64,000 nt of DNA from Mytilus trossulus (Eukaryota). Shown here in pieces: positions 26,486 through 38,200 of this stretch. Position 1 is the first letter of the stretch; the number at the start of each line of letters is the position of its first letter. Made by a program: the position numbers and the translations under genes. The notes under the pieces are model-generated. The model was not told where the DNA came from. It ran no database searches and saw nothing but the letters and a program-made list of their open reading frames with translations. The stretch spans positions 87,544,001 through 87,608,000 of the forward strand of contig NC_086374.1 of assembly GCF_036588685.1 (NCBI RefSeq). The letters run 5' to 3'.

Positions 26486-27339
26486 ATTCAAATTTCAAGT
26501 ACAATTAAAAACCAATTGTTCAGAGAACAATTGTAGGTCTTTCCACAAACACAATGTATTTTAATATGAAAGTTGTGAAATTAAGTTTAATATGTCATTT
26601 CAATCGTCAAACGATAGCTTATTGTACGCTGATTCCAAAAAATATATGGTTTCTATACAATATTTTTTAAATAAAGGAGATAATTTCTTACTCTCGGATT
26701 GAAAAATGCTATTTCCAATAATAATTGAATATATACTTGACACTGATTCCAAAAATATCTGGTTCTATATACTTTTATATTAATAAGGTACAATAAATAG
26801 CTACTTCCGGTTTACACAAGGTCACTTCCGGTTGTTTTTTCAAGGTTTAATGGTTTGATACCGTTTGCCAAAAGTCTCATGGCTTTATCATGTATACATA
26901 TGTGGTGAAAGCAAAGGTTAAGATCTAGAACGTCAAATTAAGCTATGACCTTGAGATCTCTTTCAAGGTCAAAAACCAAGGACCTCAAATCAAAAGACCA
27001 TAGGTCTTAATTATAATTGGTTAATCAGTTATATCACCATACGCGTATTTTTAAATACAAGAGGGGAGAAAACTCACATTTACGTTCAACGTACCCTTGC
27101 AATCAAAATTTACGTGTTACGACATTTCGCAACTATCATTTTAGAAAAAATAATTTGTCGATATCTTGCACGATTTCTGGAAATGAAAGGAAATAAGCCA
27201 AAAACCAACCCCTCTTATTTGGAAGTTAAAACGCATGAGTGAAAAACCAAATGTTCCCATGATTATTGGTTAAGACCATTTCACCCAAAGTTCTATTAGT
27301 CAGAACATATATAGACATATATACTGTACATGCGTAAAC

Positions 27340-27403
27340 AGTTATCAAAGGTACCAGTATTATAATTTAGTTCGCCAGACGCGCGTTTCGTCTATACAAG
27401 ACT
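27340..27403 (-). mobile_element. Very short retrozyme 3' fragment, truncated inside the hammerhead
   Basis: AGTTATCAAAGGTACCAGTATTATAATTTAGTTCGCCAGACGCGCGTTTCGTCTATACAAGACT, lacking the CTGATGA box. Confidence 0.8.
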
Positions 27404-28048
27404 AAGTAATGTGAATGTGTAACAGATCATTTTAATTTGTTTTACATTTTTTTCCAGCTTCACATTCCATGTTAGTAGCACTGTATATGCTTGGGAGGTT
27501 AACTTTTAATGGAGCATTTTTACTGTTATATCTATATACTGCAGAGGTAGCTCCGACAGTTACCCGTGGATTCTTTATTAGCCTCTGTTTTGGTGCTGGT
27601 AGAATCGGCTCCATGTCATCCTCATATATTGGAGATTTAGTAAGAGTCATTTATAGCCACCGTTTTATTTCACACTTTATATAATTTGTCTCTTTATAAA
27701 TATAACGATAAATAAATAAATAAAGACCAATTTCACATGACAAAAAGTAACAGGTAGGAATATTTTCTTTAGCACATTTTAAATTTTAGAATATAAAAAG
27801 TAAATTCTCAATTTTACATTGTTAAAATTTTGAACTTTGTAGGGACTATTGCTTGATACGAAGTTTGGACGTGCCTTACCAACTATTATATTTGGTGCTT
27901 TTGGACTAGCAGCTGGTAAACCCTGCGTTTTTTTGCCTGAAACCAAGGACACCTTCTTACCAGATACTGTTGAAGATGCTGTGAAGTTGGGAAGGTGAAC
28001 ATTCTAGAACTAAATATTATACGATTGTTATTTTTCAAACATAAGTAA

Positions 28049-28441
28049 TAGACCACTTTCGAGTTCATCCGTCACCGGTAAAAACTCGTCAATTATGCAC
28101 GCCTTTATGACGTCATTTACCAGATAGAGGGGGTCGCCTGTATCCCTGCACTATTTACGTACATCAAGCGTCTTAGTGATCGTCTTTGTGCAGGATAAAC
28201 TAGAAATAATGGTTGCTCTGTAGGTACTTACTGACAATTCCCTAATGCAAGCAGTGTTGATTGTCAATTTTGAGAATTCAATTTGCCGAATTATTCGTAC
28301 AATATAGAATTATAGTTTTCCAACCACTCGCTCAACAATGGAAAGTAAGTGACGACGCCCCTAAACGCACAAATGACGGTGATAAAGGCGCGTATAAATG
28401 ACGAGTTTTTTCCGGTGACGGATGAACTCAAAAGTGGTCTA
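28049..28441. mobile_element. MITE with about 60-70-bp TIRs and TAG...CTA termini
   Basis: TAGACCACTTTCGAGTTCATCCGTCACCGGTAAAAACTCGTC ... GACGAGTTTTTTCCGGTGACGGATGAACTCAAAAGTGGTCTA. Confidence 0.88.
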
Positions 28442-29149
28442 TTAAAAATATTTCTTTTGATAAAAACACAGGACCATGGTATCATTAATTGCCGTTTAAT
28501 CATTGGTTTTGTAAAATGTGACATGGATTTTCCAAAGAAACATGAAAATGTTTTATCAATGAATCGTTTCTGTTTTCAGTTTCTTTTAGTAGAAGCAATT
28601 CTGTTGCCAGGGAATGTTCCAAATTTCGAGTATTCCTTTGTCAGGAAGCTGCTTACTTTTCATAACTTCCGAGTGCATCCTCGATTTAGGTTTTCAGATT
28701 TTGGTTTTTAAATTTTAGTTATTTGTGTAGCTTTATATCGACTGTGTTATCCTCTTATTTTATGATGTGGTCTATCATTCTTCCGTGTGTGATCTGTGTT
28801 GTTCCTCTAAACAATCTCTGTATATTTTTCACACATTCGTCATATTTCCTAACTGGTACAATTTTTTCGGTCGGTACTTGTTCCTTTCGTTAGTTTTGCG
28901 TAAATGTTCGTCAACTTAAGCTTTAGTTATGTTCTCTACACAGTGATTTTGGTGACGTTACATACTAATAAAAATCATGAGTTATGGTTGATTTTGTAAA
29001 TTACGTCATCATTTCTACCAAAACCTAAGAATCACAGTTCCGTGATGAAATACTTGTATTTTTCAATATGTATATCCCTTATCTCTTTTATTTATAGTGG
29101 GTTCGGACAAATATTTGAAGATGCCTAATAATTTTATCAATTGTGTTAG

Positions 29150-29630
29150 AAAAGAGGGACGAAAGATACCAGAGGGACAGTCAAACTCAAAGATCGAAAA
29201 TAAACCGACAACCCAATGACTAAAATTTAAAAAGACAAACAGACAAATAATAGTACACAAGACACAACATAGAAAAATTAAAGACTAAGCAACGCGAACC
29301 CCACCAAAAACTAGGGGTGATCTCAGGTGCTGCGGAAGGGTAAGCAGATCCTGCTCCACATATTGCACCCATCCTGTAATTCGTGTTATTACACACCCCC
29401 TTAATATTCTTATTCGGTAGGTCAACTTCATCAAAAGGGAAGGGGATTGTAGTTACGACGTAAGGAACATATCCGATACCATCTGTGAAACGGATATCCA
29501 TAACGGTCAAACAACTCGTGATTGCGTTCGTAAAACTTCACCATTTAGAACTCTTGGTTAATAACTTCGTTGTGAGCAGAAACCCTCTATCAAAGACATC
29601 ATGATAGGAAACACAAGCCCGGGAATATTT
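29150..29630 (+). mobile_element. Abundant dispersed repeat; further copies at about 12995-13620, 43700-43985 (inverted), 44095-44435, 47577-48720 (split by the retrozyme) and 61330-61600
   Basis: Shared GAGGGACGAAAGATACCAGAGGGACAGTCAAACTC...GGTGATCTCAGGTGCTCCGGAAGGGTAAGCAGATCCTGCTCCACATG. Confidence 0.85.
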
Positions 29631-30182
29631 TTACACAGTTTATTTTTGCTTGATGTTTGTTTTCCTTTAAACAATGCTGTTAATTTTCATTACAGGGTTG
29701 TTAATAATAATGAAGTCAAAGAAGATATAGAGGAAAGATCACACGATGATGACCAAAATGATTTCGAGCTTCTTGAAAAAAAAAGAAACCATGACAACAA
29801 AATATAACAGTATAAAATGCAATAAAATATTTTTCTTTTAAAGAAATACATATGATTGTTCCTTTCTGTAAAGTATTGAGATTGGATTTTACAGATAACT
29901 GTATATTCAGTTTTTTGTCCATTTCAGCTTGTGTTTTACGAACTGATTTAATGTGCAACCTACATTTAAACCTGCAACAGTAAAAAAAAGTATTGTGGAA
30001 TTAGCGATGACATGTGATCCGACTTTTGTGAACAATAAAATTGCTACTATTATGCTGGTTGATAAGTTTGTCACATCTGCTCATATTATACTGTGTGAAC
30101 TCAATAAGTTCTTGCTCGATACAAAAATCATCAAATTATTGGTTGTTACAAAACTCATCAAGTTCTTGCGCAAATAAGAAAT

Positions 30183-30560
30183 TGTAATCCTGGTATCTGT
30201 GATGAGTTTATTTACAACCACTGGGTCGATACCATTGCTTGTGGAGTTTTTATTCCCCAATGGTATCACCAGCCCAGTAGTCAGCACTTATGTATTGACG
30301 TGAATTATCATTGAAATAGTCATAATTATAAATTAACTGTTTAAAAAACTTTGAATTTTTAAAAATCTGAAGCTTTTTTACCTCAGGATTAGATAACCTA
30401 AGATGCATTTGGCAAAACTATAAGGGATTTTTGGTCCTCAATGTTCTTCACCTTTATTTGGCCTTTTTAACTTTTTTTTATCCGAGCGTAACTGATGGGT
30501 CTTTTGTAGACGAAACGCGCGTCTGCCGCAAGTATAAAATTTCAATTCTGGTATCTGTGA
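30183..30560 (+). mobile_element. Full monomer (about 358 bp) of a retrozyme subfamily with a variant hammerhead
   Basis: CTGGTATCTGTGA occurs at 30190 and 30548. The hammerhead at about 30486-30530 reads CTGATGG GTCT..AGAC GAAA CGCGCG TC. Confidence 0.8.
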
Positions 30561-30829
30561 GACCGTAGCATAGATATACAAGGGTAAGCTTATTCTGCTA
30601 TACATACATTACCCATCATACGAATTCACACTCAGTAAAAATGTCAGGAAAATCCAATATCAGAATATAACTCTGGCATACTAATGAGTTCTAAGACCTC
30701 GAGGTCATGCCGTTTGTGTGTTGATACACAGAAACATCGTATTGTTTTACTAATTTATGATGGTGGCCGTAAAGTTATGAAGTGTCGGTTTCAGTCGTTG
30801 CTAAAAAGTGTGTGATGTAATAGCCAGTA

Positions 30830-31065
30830 GTATAGATTATGTTACTTCTGAGAAATGGGAAGTTGACAATAAGAATTTTGAAATGTACACATTTGTCATA
30901 GATTCTAGTTTCAATACACATTAAAAGATCAAGATGATATGAAGTAGACCTTTTAGTTTCGATAGTATTATTTATCTCAAGATCAAAAGAACATATGACA
31001 TGCAATCACCTACTGAAATTTAGGTCATTGAGTTACATGACATTCTCGATATATCTGAAACTACA
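30830..31065 (-). mobile_element. Highly degenerate Penelope-like RT fragment
   Basis: FRYIENV.., DLEINNTIETKRSTSYHLDL...TRIYDKCVHFKILIVNFPFLRSNI. Confidence 0.65.
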
Positions 31066-32208
31066 AATAAAACAAATTTGTTGTCGATCTAACGTAAAGT
31101 AATTTGATGAGATCAGATTTAATATAAATATGCGTTTGAAAAAGTATGGTTTGATAATGTAATATTTGTCAACATCCTTAAATTCTTAATATGTAAGACG
31201 AATAGAAGTGTAGTGTAAAGATACATTGTTTTCGTTATTATTTTACTGCAACTTTGTGATTGAAGATAATATTTTATTGTTTAAAAAGGACAAACGGAGA
31301 GGACACGAGTTATTCAACTAAGTAACGTCTTCTCGAAAACATACAAAAATATAAACATTTAGACACACTTTGAAAATTATAGGCCAAGACAATAATATTT
31401 TATGTATTTGCGAAATGATAATTATTTGCATCTGGTTGGTCTAAAAGTAAATATGTATTCTTATTTTGATACGTACTAAAGATCAAAATATAGATGTATT
31501 TGATCAAGTATCATCATAAAACATTACAAATGTAATATAAAAGAATAGCATGAATTTAAACATACTAACATCATTAAATTCTAATACAATTACTGATACG
31601 GCTTATTTCAAATAGGATTACTTTATGTTACCTTCTTACTTAGTGTCGAAGCCAGGAACAAGACAACACCTATGCCAATGTAAATATTTTAATAATCGTG
31701 AGATAGTTGATATATCATTAGTTAAATAAGAAATCAAGATACTGTAATTAAAGGTCATCAGATTGGTGATTGTGACCACAGTACTTGTGCACTAACAACT
31801 TACGATAGCCATGGTTGTGTAGATTATGAGTAAATAATTTACATGTTTTAGTTAATTTGCAAAAACTAAAGCATACTCCTGCATATAGTATAAAATGAAA
31901 TCAAAAACGTAGTAAGCGTAAAATTCCTGCATATTGTATGAAATGAAATAAAAAACGTAACGTAATAAGCGTAAAGGCAGTTTTATATATTCGATAACAT
32001 TTCCTTTAGTAGAGATTCCTCAGTTTTATAACTACCATTTATGTGGCACCATATATAATGAGACCAAAATTCTTGGTTCTTGATTAATCTAAAGGTTTCC
32101 CATGTCACCTAGTGAAGAAATAGCTAGTCACGTTTTGTTTATCAACAGAAAGGAATCAATTTGGTTCTTATCGCTAGCAGCTTACTTATGTTAATACATA
32201 CTTCAACA

Positions 32209-35200
32209 ATGGGTGTCCTTACAACGCTTGTATCTGTACTTGTAATTCTTGGTAAGTATGACATTTCTTTGTCTGTGTAAATTATTATTTATATTTAGAT
32301 AAATTGGTATTCAATATCATAGAATGTACATTTGGAAAATCACAAAACAAACGGTACCGTTTATTGGTACATTTTCGATCTGCATATAGGTTGTGTTTTT
32401 TTGGAGAAGTTGTGGGAGACGTTTTTCAGTCAGAAACAGATTCAAGATTGGACCTAATTTATCATTTAAGTAAAACCCATATCAAATCTGTATAATTGAA
32501 GAGTTTAATAATGATATTTTTAAAATGCCGAATGCCTATAGGTAACCTTAAGTCAATAGATCATTTTACCTCACATTTTGTAGTGTATATTTAATAAGAT
32601 GATTTCATGCATATATCATTTTTTAAACATAAATGGCAAAACTGCCAATACGTGCATTTCGAGATAAAGAAAAACAAAATTAAAAGGGACTAACAGATTT
32701 AATGAGAAACGAAAATACAACTGGTCTGATAATCTAATTCGTGTATCTAAGTCAGTAATTTATAACTGCTTATCATTCAATAATATTCCATAACTTATCC
32801 TAAGATCTGACAGATAAGACTAATGCGAGAGAAGGCTTTTGTTATGACTTTTGTTTTGCTGCTACAAAGGACCAGAAATCAAATGTTATTCATTTTATAT
32901 ATGCATTTTTTTTATATTCCGCAGCCATCCTTCACTGACCATTCAATGCTTTTCGAACTTATCTCTCGTGTACATCATCTAAATTACATTTTATCAAATC
33001 TACTTACTTTGACATTTCTATTTACCTTAATATAATATGAGGGTGTTAGAATCGAATAGGTCCATTTTTAGCAAATCGTACAATCAATTTGTGTGGAAAG
33101 TGATATATTATTTTTCTTATTCAGTGCCAACAGCAACCTCGCTTTCGTGTGTGGATCAGACATGTGATAGCACTCATGTATGTATATGTACACAACTGTT
33201 GTATTCTAAATACTGCAAACAACATTCATAATAAGCTATGATAAGATTACATTTGTACTGGAAACTTGGTACATTCGAGTGCTATTAATTGCACCAGAGC
33301 GGAAGCATCGAAATTTCAAAACAATCATTTAATCCATATAACCTCATTTTAATACTATAGATAAGAAATACAGTTTTGTTTTGCATTCGTTTGCATTGTT
33401 GTAAGCGTTAAGAGGTTATTATTTTGGCGGATTCAAAAAAAATATCAGTACCATTGCAAGTGCACTGTTAAATTGGCCGAATTTTGTTTGGCGAAAATAA
33501 GTGAACATGTACACGCCGCGCAAATAACCCGCTATACGGTATCTTTATTTTTCAAAAACAAATTCTGTTTCAATTGATTTTTTTGTATTTAAATTAAAAG
33601 ATGCTGACCAACGATGATTTTTGAAATAATCAATATATAAGGACTTATTGATACAATATTATTCCACTAGGTTTGCAAGCTTCAGTTCCATCAAGGAGTT
33701 CTAGCTCACAACCACTGTGACAAGCTTCATGCCGTAAGTATTAAAAAAAATGTCAACAGTAGTATACCGGTTTTCAATAGTAAAAAGTCAAACTAAACAT
33801 AACAGTTCCAGTCACAAACCAACACTGATGGAAATACATAAACTATAAGAGGAAAACATCGGAACAACATTGAACTGCTAAAGAAATAAACGCAAACATT
33901 TATAGAAATAGACTATTTGATATCAACTGTCAATCTCCTGATTTGGTAGAGAATTGAAAAAAAAAACCAAATGGTTGGTTGAACCTGCTTCAAAAGGTAG
34001 TCAAACCTCCCACTTATACCGAAATGTCAACAATACTGACAACTTTGCAGATAAACGCATGAACACTCAGGACACAGAAATACATTAATAAATTATACGA
34101 TAATACATTACACATAAACCAAAGAATAACAACGGACACTTTACATATAATAGCATTTGACGAAACCGAGAGCGATTTACTTATGCATGTAAGAATCGAA
34201 CTTATTTTCATATTTTGCTAAAAATAATACATATGAACTTACGAAATTTGAAATCATGATTCGTATTATAATTCTTAAGACCTTCAGAACTGTCAGTACT
34301 GGCAGATTAATATCAGTTGGCATGTGCAATCTTCAGTATATTAATACCAACTTAGGATACTGATCAATATTTCATGGAACAATTTTCAATAGCAATGGTA
34401 GAAAATCAGTATAAAATCATTGATACCAGCATTATATGTTTAACGTCAGATGCTGGTTTTGTCTACAAGAGACTCATTAGAGAATCTCGAATAAAAAAAA
34501 AGGCCAAAAATGGTGCGATGTTGAAAACCATAAAAATGCAAGCTTGAAATTATTGTATCAACTGAGTGACATATATGTATGCAGACGCTGCTTGGTGGAA
34601 TTTGCTCCATAGAAATAAATTGTAAAGTTGAAAAGTCGCAAAGGATTTTTTTTTGTCAACCGGTGCTCATTGTCAATATTTAGTAGATGAAAGTTTAGAT
34701 ATGAGGCAAACTAAAAATTTTAGGTTGTGGTAAAATTTGCAATTTTGGAATTGGTCATAGAAAAGAATCCGAGATTGTGATAATTATCTCTTTTGCTGAT
34801 TTGGACTTTTTTTTATACACGTGCATAACATTCGTCTTTTAGGCAAGATGGTTTATATTTAAGAACTGAACGCTTCTTAGTGCATTTGGGATGTAAAAGC
34901 GTTGACAGAAGTACATTTTGTATGAAGCGCCGAAGCGCTTCTATCTAAAAATGTGCGCACGGTCAACGTTTAGAGGTACAAAAGAGGCATTCAATACTTA
35001 TAATTACATTTTTTAGCTAGAATCATGGAAACACGATTTTAATCAAGTTTTCATTTAATTTATCTATGCACTATGCACTTTATTGTGGGACCTCGTGTAA
35101 TCATGAATGATACATTCTATGTGTAATGAAGTTGATTAAGGAATAACGCGAGATTGCAGATAGCCAACCAGAAAAACTCGTAACAATAAAACATACATCT

Positions 35201-38200
35201 AATGTAATTATATGAATATATATATATATATATATATCTCAATCAGTTTGTCTCATGCATTAATGCTGAAAATACTTTTACTACGTCGTTCTAAATTTGA
35301 ACATGTTTTTTTCCTTTTTTTTTCCATTTCTTGTTTTCATTGGCCCTTTAATGTCTCCTTATGTTGTCAAAATAAACATTTCTGCTTGAAAACACATTAT
35401 TTCATAAACCATCTTTTGCACTTTTGTACTGCATTTCTGGTATACATTTATTTACTATCGTCTAAAACCAATGTTATATATCCTCCTTTTAAGCATGGAC
35501 ATCATCCAAAATGCAGTGATCCATTCCCTGCTGACGACCATTGTCATTGTGATGATGAAGCTTGCATGAATCGTCTATGTGAGTTTTTTTTATTTTCGTC
35601 TGGAAACGTCATACACACGTATATTTAATTTGACATAAAACGGTATTTAGATCCTAGATCCTCATCAATTTTAAATACTGAAAAATGATTATAAAAAAGT
35701 TCAGACTTTAAACTCTTCGTGTATATCTCCGTATGGGGATGTATAAGTACCCTGCCACGTCAATTCTGTATTTTGTTGGATGTATTTCTGCCTTGAATCC
35801 ATCTGATAAGTGTATAGAGAACATGGTTTGATTGTCAATAATACAACCCTTTCAACTGTTTTTATAGATATTCTCATTGATATAGGAAGATGTAGTGTGA
35901 GTGCCAATGAGACAACTCTCCATTCTTATAACTGTGTAATTGGAGGTTTGTCGTCTTCACATTTATTAAACTAAGCCACATCCTGTCCCAATTCAGAAGC
36001 CTGTTATTCAGTTGTTATTGTTTGTTGCTGTATATCATATTTGTTTTTCGTTCATTATTTGGAAAATTAGGCTGTATGATGTTTGGAACAAAATAACCAC
36101 AATGATATACAATGTATTAACAAGTGACTAAAGAGATAATGTACCTTTACTTCTGTTGATTATAAACTCGAACACAAATAACTCGATAGTAACGTTTCAT
36201 CAGGATAATTGCTGATTGCGTTTTCTATCGTCAACATCAAAACAAATTATGATTTATGAACAGATGCATTGATGACAACTGCAGTCACTATTGATATGAC
36301 CACTGCTGACCCGATGGTTAACCCAACTGCAGCACCTACACAGAGTGCTATAACTACACAAGGTAAAATTTATAAATGCTTATTCATCTCATTATTGCAC
36401 TTTTATGATTAACCCACTGAGTATATTATAGTTTAAACACTCATTTGTAACTAGAATTGGAACAGTACATATTGCGGACCATCAGGGCATTATAACGGGA
36501 CCATTATTATTCAACCAGTCATTGCAAAAATTCCGCAAACGGATGTTATATTCTTTGGCATCTAAACTAGGAGACGCCATATGAATGCTCCCGGTGTCAA
36601 ACGTTAACACCAAGCATTTTCATGCATGTTCTACGCCAATTTTGAGGATTCCAAAAAACCACAGAAAGAATCATATGCGACTTAATGATGGTGGGGATAA
36701 AAACAAAAAGTGTCGGTCAGGTGCAATGTCAAGGAGGCCGGGCTCTTTTGATGAAATTGGAACAATGCATAACTACTTCAATATACAAATAAGTAGTGAT
36801 GTGATTGCCAATAGGCAACTATCCTACTAAGACTAAAGGATAATGATGTTAACTTAAGTCACAGTACGGCTGTCAAAAATACGCGTAGTCAATATATTTT
36901 TCGATTGTATGATGACGATGGAAGTTTTTTACTACATTGCCTGGCTATACACGCCTTGCACGGTCGGTGGTGGTATGATATCATTTGCATTTATACTGTG
37001 TTAATTTGTCGTTTTAATAGTTCCATTCTCTTTAGTTTTACACGAAATCTAAATCTGCAAGTGTTCACATTTGTGGACAGATGAATAGAAAAAAACCCAT
37101 CTACTACATCTATTTTTCAAAATACAGTTCCTGTAAAGGTGAAATGCAACCGATTTTGTTTTATATAAATAAACATTGGAGATGCAAAGGTATCTTCCAT
37201 CAAAATAAAATTTTAATAAAAAGTGCTTTTGAAAAATGTCTCTTCTAATTATTTAGTTGTTTTTTTCAAGCTATTGAATTCATTGAATACTTAGTAAAGA
37301 GTTTGAAAAGATGAAAAGTATATTGTTATTATTTAAGCATCAGTAGTAACCACAACAGCCCAGCCACCTTTTACAACAAAGGTACCACAAACTTCTCAAC
37401 CTGTTGTCACAACAATGGCACCAATGGCAACAACAACGATGGCACCTGTAACTATGGCTCCTACAACTCAAGGTAAATATAAGTGTCACGCATTTCCTAC
37501 TTTTATTGATACCATATTTCTAGAACAAACTACGGTGGGTTGACAATCTCACTACAACATATTGTACTTATTTTTATCTTTCTACTGCGGTACCTATGGT
37601 CCAAATTCATGATCAGATTTTGATCATGGAGCACACCTGTTTGAAACATGTTTTATTTAATCATATTTTTTATAGCTTACTCAAAAACATGCATATCAAC
37701 TGGATTTTATTGTACAATGTGACACTCAAGGCCAGATTTTGCTTTAAAGACATATATCATTGATATGGTCCTTTATTGTAACTGTTTATAATTTGTCAGA
37801 TTAAGGAAAATGCTTAGTTTGTTCTACGTCCGGGTTTGTCTTAGTCGTATTTACTCTAGCTTTTTCGGAAAGTTTGGTTATTATCTTTTTCAAATATTTT
37901 AAAATATCTTTTGTTGGCATTTCAACTGTATAGATCCGGGCCCCACTGGTGTTGCTTATAAAGACGAAACGCACGTCAGTCTATTTGATGAGTTTTTATT
38001 ATTTCAACGCTGATGGTGACATCTTATAATGAAAAACTTTAAATATTGTATAAATAATTGAACTTATTCCATTCAAACTCATTCTATCACTTTAGAACAC
38101 ACTGTATGTTTATTGTGAAATAATTTGTGTTTGTTTAGTAATGTAAACTTATATAAATTTTCGATATAAACTTTTCTCTTAATTGCAAATTATTAATAGT

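Larger units (their letters stand above)
27458..29807 (+). pseudogene. Last three exons of an SLC22/organic cation transporter-like MFS gene; upstream exons not found
   Basis: 27458-27639 ...MLGRLTFNGAFLLLYLYTAEVAPTVTRGFFISLCFGAGRIGSMSSSYIGDL; 27843-27994 GLLLDTKFGRALPTIIFGAFGLAAGKPCVFLPETKDTFLPDTVEDAVKLG; 29696-29807 RVVNNNEV...HDNKI*. YTAExxPTxxR and LPETK...LPDT are SLC22 TM10-12 motifs. AATAAA at 29821. Confidence 0.8.
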
